Origin: Octopus bimaculoides
Lineage: Eukaryota
Assembly (NCBI RefSeq): GCF_001194135.2
Contig: NC_069008.1
Coordinates: forward strand, 16,206,359 to 16,270,358
Reading direction: 5' to 3'
Length of the DNA: 64,000 nucleotides
Within the stretch, counting starts at the first letter, position 1. Every line of letters starts with the position of its first letter. The position numbers and the translations under genes were made by a program. Positions 12,665 to 26,368 of the stretch are shown one piece after another. The notes under the pieces are model-generated. The model saw nothing but the letters and a program-made list of their open reading frames with translations. It was not told the DNA's origin and did not search any database.

Positions 12665-14741
12665 TCACCACAGCATATAATTTCTTCTTTCTTGTTATAA
12701 TTTATTCCTTAGAAATATTTCTACTGATATCAACTGTGATTTTATCGATATCTAAAAGTCTGCAAACTCCTTTGCAAATATATTCAACTTTAATTAGAAT
12801 GCAAAAGCACCAGATAATGAGATGCAGAAATGGTGCTATGAATCTTCGCTCAGAGCAAATATTTCACAGTAATTCCAGTCTAGATTTATAGCAGTTGGGT
12901 TATTATATCTGTTCTCTCAAACGTTTTCTTTTAGTCTTTAAAAAAATTATAAATATTCCATATGTATCCAATGTTAAAAAAGTTATTTTGTGCCAAAGTC
13001 ATCCATTAATCTGAAATAATAAAGAAACAGTATTAGATATAGAGGAGAGATTAAAATGGAAATGTTACAACATTGATTAACAAAAGACATCATTTAACAT
13101 TGGGTGAAATCTAAACATTTGTAAACTACAGCTACACCTTCACATTGTGTAACACACATATCTATATAAATCGCAGTGTCTTCAGAGTTCATCTGGCTCT
13201 GATTTCCAGTACTGTAATTAACAACTAAAGTTGTCGTGAGTGTGTCATTCCATGTCCTTTGGTGAAACTTAGTCTACTTAGGAACATTCTGCTCAACATG
13301 GCTCACTGTAGCGTAGTGTTGTGTGNNNNNNNNNNNNNNNNNNNNNNNNNNNNNNNNNNNNNNNNNNNNNNNNNNNNNNNNNNNNNNNNNNNNNNNNNNN
13401 NNNNNNNNNNNNNNNNNNNNNNNNNNNNNNNNNNNNNNNNNNNNNNNNNNNNNNNNNNNNNNNNNNNNNNNNNNNNNNNNNNNNNNNNNNNNNNNNNNNN
13501 NNNNNNNNNNNNNNNNNNNNNNNNNNNNNNNNNNNNNNNNNNNNNNNNNNNNNNNNNNNNNNNNNNNNNNNNNNNNNNNNNNNNNNNNNNNNNNNNNNNN
13601 NNNNNNNNNNNNNNNNNNNNNNNNNNNNNNNNNNNNNNNNNNNNNNNNNNNNNNNNNNNNNNNNNNNNNNNNNNNNNNNNNNNNNNNNNNNNNNNNNNNN
13701 NNNNNNNNNNNNNNNNNNNNNNNNNNNNNNNNNNNNNNNNNNNNNNNNNNNNNNNNNNNNNNNNNNNNNNNNNNNNNNNNNNNNNNNNNNNNNNNNNNNN
13801 NNNNNNNNNNNNNNNNNNNNNNNNNNNNNNNNNNNNNNNNNNNNNNNNNNNNNNNNNNNNNCCTTTGAGATGATATTCTAAAAGATATATTTTATACTTC
13901 ATTGTGATTAACAATGCATAAGGCGGCGAGCAGCCACAATCGTTTATACTGTGGACGGAATGCTTAGTGGTATTTCGCACGTCCCTATGTACTGAGTTCA
14001 AACTCCGCCGACGTCGACTTTATTTTTCATCCTTTTGGGGGTCGATGAAATAAGTACCATGGAAATACTGGACTCTGTGTAATCGACTCATTCCCTTCTC
14101 CCTCGTGGCATAATTTGAAACCATTACTATTAACATTGCTCAACTTGTATTCATCGTCACCAGTCTGTGAAGTATATTTTAAACACACAAGCTTGCACTC
14201 TCTCGTTGACTACCTTCAGACATCAAAGTCAATGGGAAATTAATTACAGGTATGAAATGCCGTGTTCTGGCATGACTTTCGGCAACCTTGTGGAACGTAA
14301 AGTTTTAGCGAATGTTGGCGGGGATAATTGGACGTAGAAATGTCCGAAAAGCGGTCACTCATCCTCTTTGTATAAACCGGACAAAACCTTCCGAATGGAA
14401 GGTGTTTCTGCATGTATTAACACATTAAGCGCGAAGGGCCACCATCGTGGCCGTCAAGCACAGGTCGACAGGCTACGATCGTGGCCCAGATAGATGCATT
14501 TAAGGGCGTTCGTTGGGGTCTAATGTCACTCAAACGCTCCAATACCCCGCCCCCAGAATGCGAGAAGACTAACAGTTCAACTAATGGCTTTTCAGATTAT
14601 GTAAAACTTACCACCATTATATACTAAGATATTTTAAACTATTCGTTGTTTTTTATGTGTGCACGGTAGTCTCATCTTCATAAAATGTGCTCAGCAGTCC
14701 ATGCTGTGTAAATGCAAATCCCATCGCTTTATATGTTAAAT

Positions 14742-14810
14742 CAGTGGTTCCCAAAGTGGGTGGTGTTGCCCATCTGGGGCGGTGGAAAGTTCCAAGGGGG
14801 CACTGAAGAA
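14742..14810 (+). mobile_element. hAT/Charlie-like terminal fragment
   Basis: CAGTGGTTCCCAAAGTGGG start; a similar CAGTGCTTCTCAAAG lies at 5539. No partner end found. Confidence 0.35.
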
Positions 14811-15002
14811 AAGTGGGATGATAATGGGGGGGGGGGGAGTGATTCATGTGAAAACAAAATAACAGAACTACGATGACTAAGATTAAAGTGAAGGCTTTAC
14901 AGATTACTGTGAAGCCCACAGGACTAACTCAGGGTCAATCAGGGAAAAAGACCTTAAAATGTTGGTTGTTAAGAGATGCAATGAATTTTGACAATGATAT
15001 AG

Positions 15003-15194
15003 TTACACTTTTGTATGGATAGATATATATTTGGTTAAGAGAGAGAATGATTTACCACAGAAATCACAGGGATATGGTTTGTCCCTTGTATGAATACATT
15101 TGTGATTCATGACATTATTATATGTGAATGATTTACCACAGACATCACAGTGAAATGGACTCTCTCTCGTATTAATATATTTGTATTTAGGCAA
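15003..15194 (-). pseudogene. Relic two-finger C2H2 gene R1
   Basis: [22 protein letters not shown] and [23 protein letters not shown] have shortened helices. No ATG start and an in-frame stop upstream. The 3' flank resembles those of the Z genes. Confidence 0.8.
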
Positions 15195-17616
15195 CGTTTC
15201 TGAGTGAAAGACCTTTTAAATATGCTAATGGCAGTTTCCCTTTCAACATGTCTTCAGTCGTCCCTTATTTTACTTTAACCAGCACATCTGTGGATACATT
15301 TCCTGTTTTTGTTCTACAGATCTAGTCTCTCTCATTCACAAAATGAACCCCTTTTAATTTTGCTCAGATTGCATTCAATCTGGGTGCATCGATGGAACTC
15401 TGAAGTTTGATTACGATCAACAAATTCCTTCATTTCATAAATTAAAGAATCTAGTGCTGTTTGGAATTAAAGTCGAGGAATTTGGCTAACTTTAGCCAAT
15501 CAACAGACAGCAAGGCATTAACAGCTTGTTACCATGACAACTACACATTATGTTGGTTCTTCACACCATGAGATTTACTTCACCCATGTTTTAATAAAAA
15601 TTTATAATTTATCAATTAGAATCTTATAGATATTTTTTATTCAATTCTCTTAATATTTTTCACATATAATGAGAGTTGTTTATGATGTTTATACAGTTTC
15701 TTGGCATTGTGAAGGTGAATTAAACATGTGAACTTACTACAGATAATTTGACATTATTTTTGAATTCTGCAAAAAACCTAAGATACAGATATTCTTTTCC
15801 TTGGGACAAATTCTTTGTTGACCAGTGTTATTCTTATTGTAGTTTACAAATCCAAGCATGGAAACTTTCCTCAACTTCGAAGTTTTGGAGACAGACGCCT
15901 CCTTTTCACACACACACATATATTAATGATGTACACAAATACATGACAGGTAATACATAAGGAAATATGCATAAAGTAAACACATGCAGACAAATATAAT
16001 CAATATAACAATAATTTTTGAAAAGTAATTAAGCCATACAATCAATGAAGAGACAAAAGAAACAGTAAGATGGTACATGTTGATTTTATTAGGTATTTCA
16101 GTTTATTTACAAACCTACAATGAAGATTCATTTCACTGAGACTAAACCACAAATTTCAAGAGTACAACTATGAAGTTGACATTGCTCTGCTAAATGCAGA
16201 AAATTTCTGTCTCGCTACTGGATAAAAATACAGTTTTTATGATTTTTAAACCTCTAATTTTTTTCTTCACAACATTATACCTTCATAGCAATTAGACTGG
16301 GAAACTATATTATTATAGCCAAGTTTCAGATTTTGTACTGTCTTTTAAAAAATGCATATTTTGCAAATGGAAAGAACTTAGATCCATTATTCCTCACAAA
16401 CATTGCTTTATGCTATCTTTCCATCGACAGTAATCCTTCTTGATATCTGAGAAGATTCTGAAATTATCCAAGTTTAACTTCATTACAAAATCTTGTAGAC
16501 ATTCCAAATATTGCAGAAGAGAAATGTTGCTATCAATCTTAGCTGAGAAGAATATTTCACTGGAATTCTCTGGAGTTGGGCTTTCAATGCCTTCTTGCCT
16601 TCACCGTGAATAACACCTGACCTTTCTACCTTCACTTTCAGAAGACAAGCAAAAGAATTTTCAAAGACTGACTCAGAAAAGTAGAAAAAAAAAAATAATG
16701 TAAAAAATTCCCAGCATAAAATCAGCATCATTTTCATGTATATCGCCAGTTTCTGAAGGAAGAGGGGAAATAAGCTGGCAAATTTCTTAGTGATATTTCA
16801 TTTGTCCTTATGTTCTGCGTTCAGACTCTGCAGGGGTCAACTTTGCCTTTCATCCTCTCGTGGCCAATTATTGAATCACCAATTCAGATTTAGATGAAGA
16901 TACCGAAGCCTTTCGATTTCAATTTCCAGTCATCTTCTGCTCTGAAATGTCTCCAGTCTCAACAAATTTGGACAAGATGTCACAGGAGAGCTTATTCCGT
17001 CAATTGAAGATATCCACAGTTATGGTTCATGGCATTTGCATTCTTCTTCATTCACCCAATTCTCTTATGACTGTGAATCACATGTTTATGACAAAATTTG
17101 ATTTGTACAGAGAAAATATCCAGATTCTCGTCTTTGGTAAAGATCCTAGGCTGATTTATTTTCACTAAACTCTCCACAAATTCAAGAAATGGTTTATCCA
17201 CAACCTTATGCTTTTTCTTGGGAGTGTAAGGAACAACATTTCCCTATCTTCTTTCTTCTCACCTCCAAAACACAATCTTCAACTTGGTCCCTTCCTTCAT
17301 TTCTTTCCATAACTTTATAAACATGGATGAAATGCTGATAGGAATTTTTACCAGACATGCTAGCAACTCTGCCAACTTGCCATCTTATTATTTACTCACA
17401 ACATTAAATATAATGACAGTATCTTTCCTATATCCATGAAGTATGTTATATGGAATAGATATACAACAATCTGATACATGAAACAGGTATGGTTACTGTC
17501 AAGGGGTCAATGATTACTGTTAAGGGCACAAAAGTTAAGCCATGATTTAGCAGGGGGAATGGTTTTGAAATATTGGTTGTTGTTGGGTGTTCTAATGAAC
17601 TTTTACAATGATACAA

Positions 17617-19303
<1,687 letters not shown>

Positions 19304-21634
19304 TTCTCTAAGGGATACAAAGAAACCCAACCATTGAAGTTTCTCACAGTATTAAAATTTTCCCTTATCTTCTCTCACCACAGCATATAATTTCCTTTCT
19401 CTTCTTCTTCTTCTTGTTATAATTTATTCCTTAGAAATATTTCAAGTATTATCAACTGTGATTTTATTGATATCTAAAATTCTGCAAACCCCTTTGTAAA
19501 TATATTCAAGTTCAGATCAGAGCAAATATTTCACAGTAATTCCAGTCTAGATTTATTGCAGTTGGGTTATTATATCTCTTCTCTAAAGCATTTTCTGTTA
19601 GTCTTTAGAACATGATAAATATTCCAGATGTATCCAATGTTAAAAAAGTTGTTTTGTGCCAAAGTCATCCATTAATCTGAAATAAAGAAACAATATTAGA
19701 TATAGAGGAGAGATTAAAATGGAAATGTTGCAACATTTCTATACTGATTAACAAATGACATCATATAACATTGGGTGAAATCTAAAAATTTGTAAACTCC
19801 AACTACACCCTCACAGTGTGTAACATTTTATCTGTCAGGCACACTGTGGCCACCAACAGAATGTTATAGTCAAATCTTCTGAGTGTCTGACAATATATGC
19901 TTAGATTGCAAATAAAAGTGTAAGGGGGGGGGGGCTAGCTGTTTGCATGATGATAGCATTTATTGTTTAATCTCCAATCATCATCAACCAAGGGGCAACA
20001 GTTTGGCGTGCAGCTGTCTTCAAGAATTTTGCGTTTCTCATTTTCACCGTCTCTTCGTTGCATGGTGTGTCGTTTTAGATTTCACTCTTTTACTTGTTTC
20101 AGTCTTTTGACTGTGGCCATGCTGGAGCACCGCCTTTAGTCGAGCAAATCGACCCCAGGACTTAGTCTTTNNNNNNNNNNNNNNNNNNNNNNNNNNNNNN
20201 NNNNNNNNNNNNNNNNNNNNNNNNNNNNNNNNNNNNNNNNNNNNNNNNNNNNNNNNNNNNNNNNNNNNNNNNNNNNNNNNNNNNNNNNNNNNNNNNNNNN
20301 NNNNNNNNNNNNNNNNNNNNNNNNNNNNNNNNNNNNNNNNNNNNNNNNNNNNNNNNNNNNNNNNNNNNNNNNNNNNNNNNNNNNNNNNNNNNNNNNNNNN
20401 NNNNNNNNNNNNNNNNNNNNNNNNNNNNNNNNNNNNNNNNNNNNNNNNNNNNNNNNNNNNNNNNNNNNNNNNNNNNNNNNNNNNNNNNNNNNNNNNNNNN
20501 NNNNNNNNNNNNNNNNNNNNNNNNNNNNNNNNNNNNNNNNNNNNNNNNNNNNNNNNNNNNNNNNNNNNNNNNNNNNNNNNNNNNNNNNNNNNNNNNNNNN
20601 NNNNNNNNNNNNNNNNNNNNNNNNNNNNNNNNNNNNNNNNNNNNNNNNNNNNNNNNNNNNNNNNNNNNNNNNNNNNNNNNNNNNNNNNNNNNNNNNNNNN
20701 NNNNNNNNNNNNNNNNNNNNNNNNNNNNNNNNNNNNNNNNNNNNNNNNNNNNNNNNNNNNNNNNNNNNNNNNNNNNNNNNNNNNNNNNNNNNNNNNNNNN
20801 NNNNNNNNNNNNNNNNNNNNNNNNNNNNNNNNNNNNNNNNNNNNNNNNNNNNNNNNNNNNNNNNNNNNNNNNNNNNNNNNNNNNNNNNNNNNNNNNNNNN
20901 NNNNNNNNNNNNNNNNNNNNNNNNNNNNNNNNNNNNNNNNNNNNNNNNNNNNNNNNNNNNNNNNNNNNNNNNNNNNNNNNNNNNNNNNNNNNNNNNNNNN
21001 NNNNNNNNNNNNNNNNNNNNNNNNNNNNNNNNNNNNNNNNNNNNNNNNNNNNNNNNNNNNNNNNNNNNNNNNAACCCTGTAGTTATGCCAAAAAGAGTAC
21101 ATACTTGTTGTAATTTGGTTATCTATAGTCCGATGATATTTCGGAATTACAATTCCTTCTTCAGATCTTCTTAGCTGGAGTCTCAATAATTTATAGAATT
21201 AAACAGAAGCGTGCTTTCCGGAATACGGTGCAGAAGCATTTCATGATGGGGTAAAACAATGTCCTAAATGAATGAGAGTTTACAAATCCAAAGAAAGTGT
21301 ACGCAGCAGAATAAAACATCACTTACTGTTACGAAACAATGTGGAACATGATAAATGTTCAAATAATCCGTAGACAGTTATCAAGTTCTAGAATATTCTT
21401 CTATTATATATTTTCTCCGTGGGATTGAGTTGAGACACAAATATAATACATATTATTCGCTTGACATCCTCGTCAACAAGAGACAGGAGGTAGCGTGTAT
21501 CTATGCGCGATGCTGGCTGTTGATTGAACCAACCAAATCACGCAGAGCTGGATGCAGATATTGACAAAGGGAAAGTAGTCCTCCAACAGGTTGAACGAAA
21601 TCTACTTTATTTATATGTAGTAATTATCATGTTA

Positions 21635-21986
21635 GTGGAGGCGCAATGGCCCAGTGGTTAGGGCAGCGGACTCGCGGTCGTAGGATCGATTCCCAGACCG
21701 GGCGTTGTGAGTGTTTATTGAGCAAAAACACCTAAAGCTCCACGAGGCTCCGGCAGAGGATGGTGGCGAACCCTGCTGTACTCTTTCACCACAACTTTCT
21801 CTCACTCTTTCTTCCTGTTTCTGTTGTGCCTGTAATTCAAAGGGTCAGCCTTGTCACACTGTGTCACGCTGAATATCCCCGAGAACTACGTTAAGGGTAC
21901 ACGTGTCTGTGGAGTGCTCAGCCACTTGCACGTTAATTTCACGAGCAGGCTGTTCCGTTGATCGGATCAACTGGAACCCTCGACGT
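21635..21986 (+). mobile_element. SINE family A (GTGGAGGCGCAATGG head), about 350 bp
   Basis: tRNA-like head (TGGCCCAGTGG...GATCGATTCC). Near-identical copies at 5746-6067(+), 10611-10952(-) and 42393-42750(+). Halves at 26196-26370(-) and 35768-36005(-). Confidence 0.85.
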
Positions 21987-22259
21987 GTTAAGGTGAACGT
22001 TAGTGTTTGTGAATAAGATGGGGGAGACTTAAGTATTTCAGGGTCGGTGTAGCATCACATTCATGATTAACTATTTCATTTCATCATAACTTTACATCGT
22101 TAATTGGTTGTTCCCTATTTTGCAGGACAGGGGAAATGACTTTTAATTAACAACAAATCAATCAATAAACTTTCCACACCCTTCTCTACTTTTCAGCTGG
22201 AATTTAAATCGAAAGCACAACTTTTTACGTCGCTATTGTTGCATATATAGTAGCACGTT

Positions 22260-24925
22260 TCTACTGCTCTGCAGTCTTGAATAATCGTCCCCGCCGCTTA
22301 ATTTTTCAGACCCCCGACTCTTATTTATTTTTCAGATTTCTTGCCCACCACATCCGCTTTTATCCCCGCACCACTCCACACGCTTATTAATTTCTAAGAT
22401 TCTCTTCTGCCCCACTTTTATTCAAACCCTTCCCCCCTATTAAATTTTAGTAATCTACCTCCGGTGAAATTTTATTGTAAGCTATTTGTATTGATGCAAC
22501 AGCTGGCAGATCTAATAATTTTATTTTACTTTAAAATCGTCATACATATATGACAAAAAAAAAAAACATTACAAATTATACCATGTTATAAAATGAACAG
22601 GATATATAAACTAAAATAATTCTGGGTTTAAAAAAACCATCAAGGGTGACAGCCCTTCAACATTTTAGGGCATTCATAACCTTTAACCCTAAGAAAAACA
22701 ATCATTTCAAGACACAACACAGGACATATTATAAACTGGGAAAATGCTGTCAGAAAATATGCATTATATCCAGCCAGAGTCTATAAAGACTTGAGGCTGG
22801 ATAACTGCCCCAGTCTGCAACATATGTGTGAGTTTGCTGCAACTCCACACTGTAGTAAACAAATCTTCATTTTCAATTTCTCTACCACTCACCGACACAA
22901 ATTCCCTGCAAACTAAGAACTTCAATGACGAATTGTTTATCCTTACAGGACAAGCTTTTGACAAAATAAGGATTTAACAACATAAACACGACTCAAGTAA
23001 TTTCTTTTTGACCTTTTTTCATAATATCTTGACAGAGAAAAGTGTATTTCGTGCTGCGACGTATGGAAATTCTTCTATAAAAGAAAAGCAAGCCGTTGCT
23101 TTCGTGGTAAACAAATGCAAAGAAGAGTATGATTCTAAATTAGAGCAAATATAAGGGGAAACTCATTGGGATACTGAAAGGAAACCCCATATCCCAGACA
23201 CCCCAATACACAGGTATCTCGCCAAAGAAGTTCATTTGTTTTTACTCAAATTTGGCCGGTGTCAAAAACTCTGATGGACTATTTGGGTTCTGCTGTTAAA
23301 ATAGCTAAACACTTCTATGAAAAATATCTGAAAAGCAAACTTCACAGCACTGAAAGAAATCCAAAGAAACATTTCAGAGTCGCTGGAGGAGATCGTAAAA
23401 CAAAAAGCACCAGGTATGAGAGATACCTTGTTTGAAGTGGTTTGTGGATGTTAAAGCATTACTGCATGTGAGATTACCACAAGCTCTTTTCCTATTAGAG
23501 GCTGAGAAATTTTATGAGGAGTGGATTCGCCAACGCCCAGACACACCAACTGAGGACAAGCTTTGTATTTCAAGAAGCTGGATGAAAGGTTGGCAAAAAG
23601 AGTATGGGGTATCACTGAAATTTCTAAACAAATGCATTTGAATCTCCAAAGAGCAATGTGTTGGGTGCATTCAGGATTATTTGAAGAACATATGATGTGT
23701 GCATCATTATTTCCTTGACAAATTTGGTGTAGATCAAATGTCCTTGCACCAGAATAAAAGTGGCAGACAATCTACTTTATCGTTCAGAAATCAAGATACG
23801 TTCATCAAAGAAAACCATCATTTGTCCAGGGAACGTATCACAGTGTTCACCCAGGTTAGCAATGATGCCAAAATCAATCTTATCCCAGAGTTTGTATTTA
23901 AAGGAACTGGAACAAGACCACCACTACTGAATGCCGAGCATACAATGAAATATCAAGAGGTTCCTATAAATTAGAACAGCCGCTCTGTACTATTGAAAAC
24001 CTTCCAAACCATTTCAATATGTTTTCACATGCAAATTTGCCGTTTATGTGCTTGGTGATTACATGGTGCATTTGATGCCGGAGGTGAGAGATACCCTCTG
24101 GAAAAGGGTTATGTGCTAGTGAGCATCGGTAGTGGTATCATCCGATTTCTTCAAATTAGCGACACATACTTTCACAAACAATTGAAAGCAAAATATGGTG
24201 AAATAGAGAAACGAAAGATGCTAAAGAAATTAGTTCAAACACCGAATAAGACACTCACGCCCCATCAATCTGAGATGATGCAGATGCTACAACAGACACA
24301 TGCAGATTGCAATATTGATGTCGAAGCTGATTTCAAGTCGACGTGGGACACAAACACTTCGAATGGGTCTGAAGATTATAAGCTGTCAGACCGAATCATG
24401 CACCTTGTCGGTCCGTCGACGCGAGAGTTTTGTCTAGAGATGACTTGAAAACCCTGCCCAAATACTATTCAGAGAGTCATTAAGAACTTAATTCCACTGA
24501 AAGGGGTCAAATGTGGAAACAATATTCAAGGCTCAGAGCTATTTGATGGTGACAGCATTGAGGAAAAAGCTGCCAAAAAGTGAGTCAGAAGATGAAAGCA
24601 AGCCATCTGGGACTCTTTTGGAGGTGATTGACCCATCTGGAGGAATCACCATGGAGATTTCGCAGGAACCAAAGCACGGTCGGCCAAACATGATGACAGT
24701 AAGCTCTATTTCTTTTGTTGGAAGCAGCAGTGACGACCAGGTTAATAAAGTTGCCCTGTTCCTAGCAAAAAATACAGAAGGTGTCGGATGAAAACACGAC
24801 TTCTACACTTTTTTTGCCATACAGAAACAAACTCATGTCAACTGCCAGTGAAGCATGGCGATCCATAAAGAAGCGAATATCGAAACCAAGAAACCTGCAG
24901 AGGGACAGTGATGAAAAATCATGAG
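22260..24925 (+). mobile_element. Decayed pogo/Tigger-superfamily DNA transposon (CENP-B-type HTH + DDE transposase pseudogene)
   Basis: Fragments ISRSWMKGWQKEYGVSLK, DQMSLHQNKSGRQSTLSF...ENHHLSRERITVFTQ, VLGDYMVHL and GSGIIRFLQISDTYFHKQLK, with many stops and frameshifts. TIR-like left end with subterminal CCC repeats at about 22260-22460. Boundaries are approximate. Confidence 0.75.
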
Positions 24926-25820
24926 TCTATAGCGGCTGTTGTTGGCTGTTATTAAATGGAAAAAAAGGTTACTATGAATCATGCTAAAACAGTTTCGTGT
25001 ATAAATATAATGTTTATTCTGTGCTCACCTTTTGTGGTGGAAGCATGTAGTTTGATACAAAAACATGTGTGCTTACATACAAAGAAAGTTTTGATTTTTG
25101 CTTTTGCACTGAAAGAAGTAACATATAATATTTGTATTACAGTATCTATGCATGTGTGTGATGAGAACAGTCATTTTGAGAATGTGTGTGTGATAACAAA
25201 ATATCTTCATTTACAAAATATCTTATGTCAAGGTGAATAGACATGTAACATGTGTGAAGCTGCAGTGGAGACGTGTGTCTTTGACCAAGGCCTGGCAGTA
25301 ACTGAGATCGTTTCTGCAGTGTAGCTCAGAACGAGGCTACTGTATCAAAGCGAGGCTAGCTACATCGATATGTTTGTCTGCTGTGCAGGACGACTGTAGC
25401 GCCTCTGGTCACACGTTATTACACCTCAGTTATGTCGCTATGATACATAGCTTCCTGCTAGACTTGAAAAAGTCAAAAAGAGGTAACGAAATGGCGTATG
25501 CAAATATGCAGTGCAGAATGCAGGTAAGAACATGGAATACAAGCAGAAGAATGCAATGCAACAAAGAATGAGAAACTAAAATGAGAAAGCAGAGTATGGT
25601 AAGGGTAAACAGAACATGAACACAAAGAGATAAGTAAAATGTTCAATACAGTTCTATATTTAAGAGATGAGGAATTATTTACATTATTTACATTATTTAC
25701 ATTTGACGGATATTTCTCCTCATCTTGTTTGTTGTTAACACAACATTTCGGCTGATATACCCTCCAGCCTTCGTCAGGTGTCTTGGGGAAATATCGAACC
25801 TGGGTTCTCATTCCTAACAA

Positions 25821-26048
25821 TGGCGTAGTGGTTAAGAGCGCGGGCTACTAACCCCAAGGTTCCGAGTTCGATTCACGGCAGCGACCTGATTAATTATAAT
25901 AATAATAGTAACATCGTTAGGAATGAGAACCCAGGTTCGAAATTTCCCCAAGACACCTGACGAAGGCTGGAGGGTATATCAGCCGAAACGTTGTGTTAAC
26001 AACAAACATGATGAAGAGAAATATCCGTCAAATGTAAATAATGTAAAA
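25821..26048 (+). mobile_element. SINE family E: tRNA head, (AAT)n spacer and hammerhead-like 3' part
   Basis: A box TGGCGTAGTGG and B box GAGTTCGATTC. Copies on - at 10195-10350, 25645-25818, 36990-37258 and 51445-51690. Confidence 0.8.
25953..25997 (+). ncRNA. Putative minimal type I hammerhead ribozyme motif (Penelope-type variant)
   Basis: ACAC-CUGACGA-A-GGCUG-loop-CAGCC-GAAA-CGUU-GUGU: helix I ACAC/GUGU, helix II GGCUG/CAGCC, palindromic AACGUU stem III. Activity is untested. Confidence 0.55.
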
Positions 26049-26368
26049 TGTTCAAGTCAATTAAAGTTCGAAGGAATACTGTGAAGAACAAAAATGCATC
26101 GTTGGTGATATGTGTTGAAGAGTGTTTGGTAAGTTCACAGGTAGTTTATTATAGTTCGGATGCATATAGTTTTAGACAGCTTGGTGGACCAAAGTTATTG
26201 TTGGCACTCCGTCGCTTACGACGTCGAGGGTTCCAGTCGATCCGATCAATGGAACAGCCTGCTAGTGAAATTAACGTGCAAGTGGCTGAGCACTCCACAG
26301 ACATGTGTACCCTTAACGTAGTTCTCGGGGATATTCAGCGTGACACAGTGTGACAAGGCTGACCCTTT

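Noticed and set aside
16483-16737. MKMMLILCWEFF... ORF (also 52042-52491) as a membrane protein
   Set aside because: The hydrophobicity comes from a poly-T run, and the two copies diverge after about 50 codons. It is treated as part of the duplicated flank.
25821-25890. tRNA gene
   Set aside because: It has A/B boxes but no complete cloverleaf, and it continues into a repeated SINE body.
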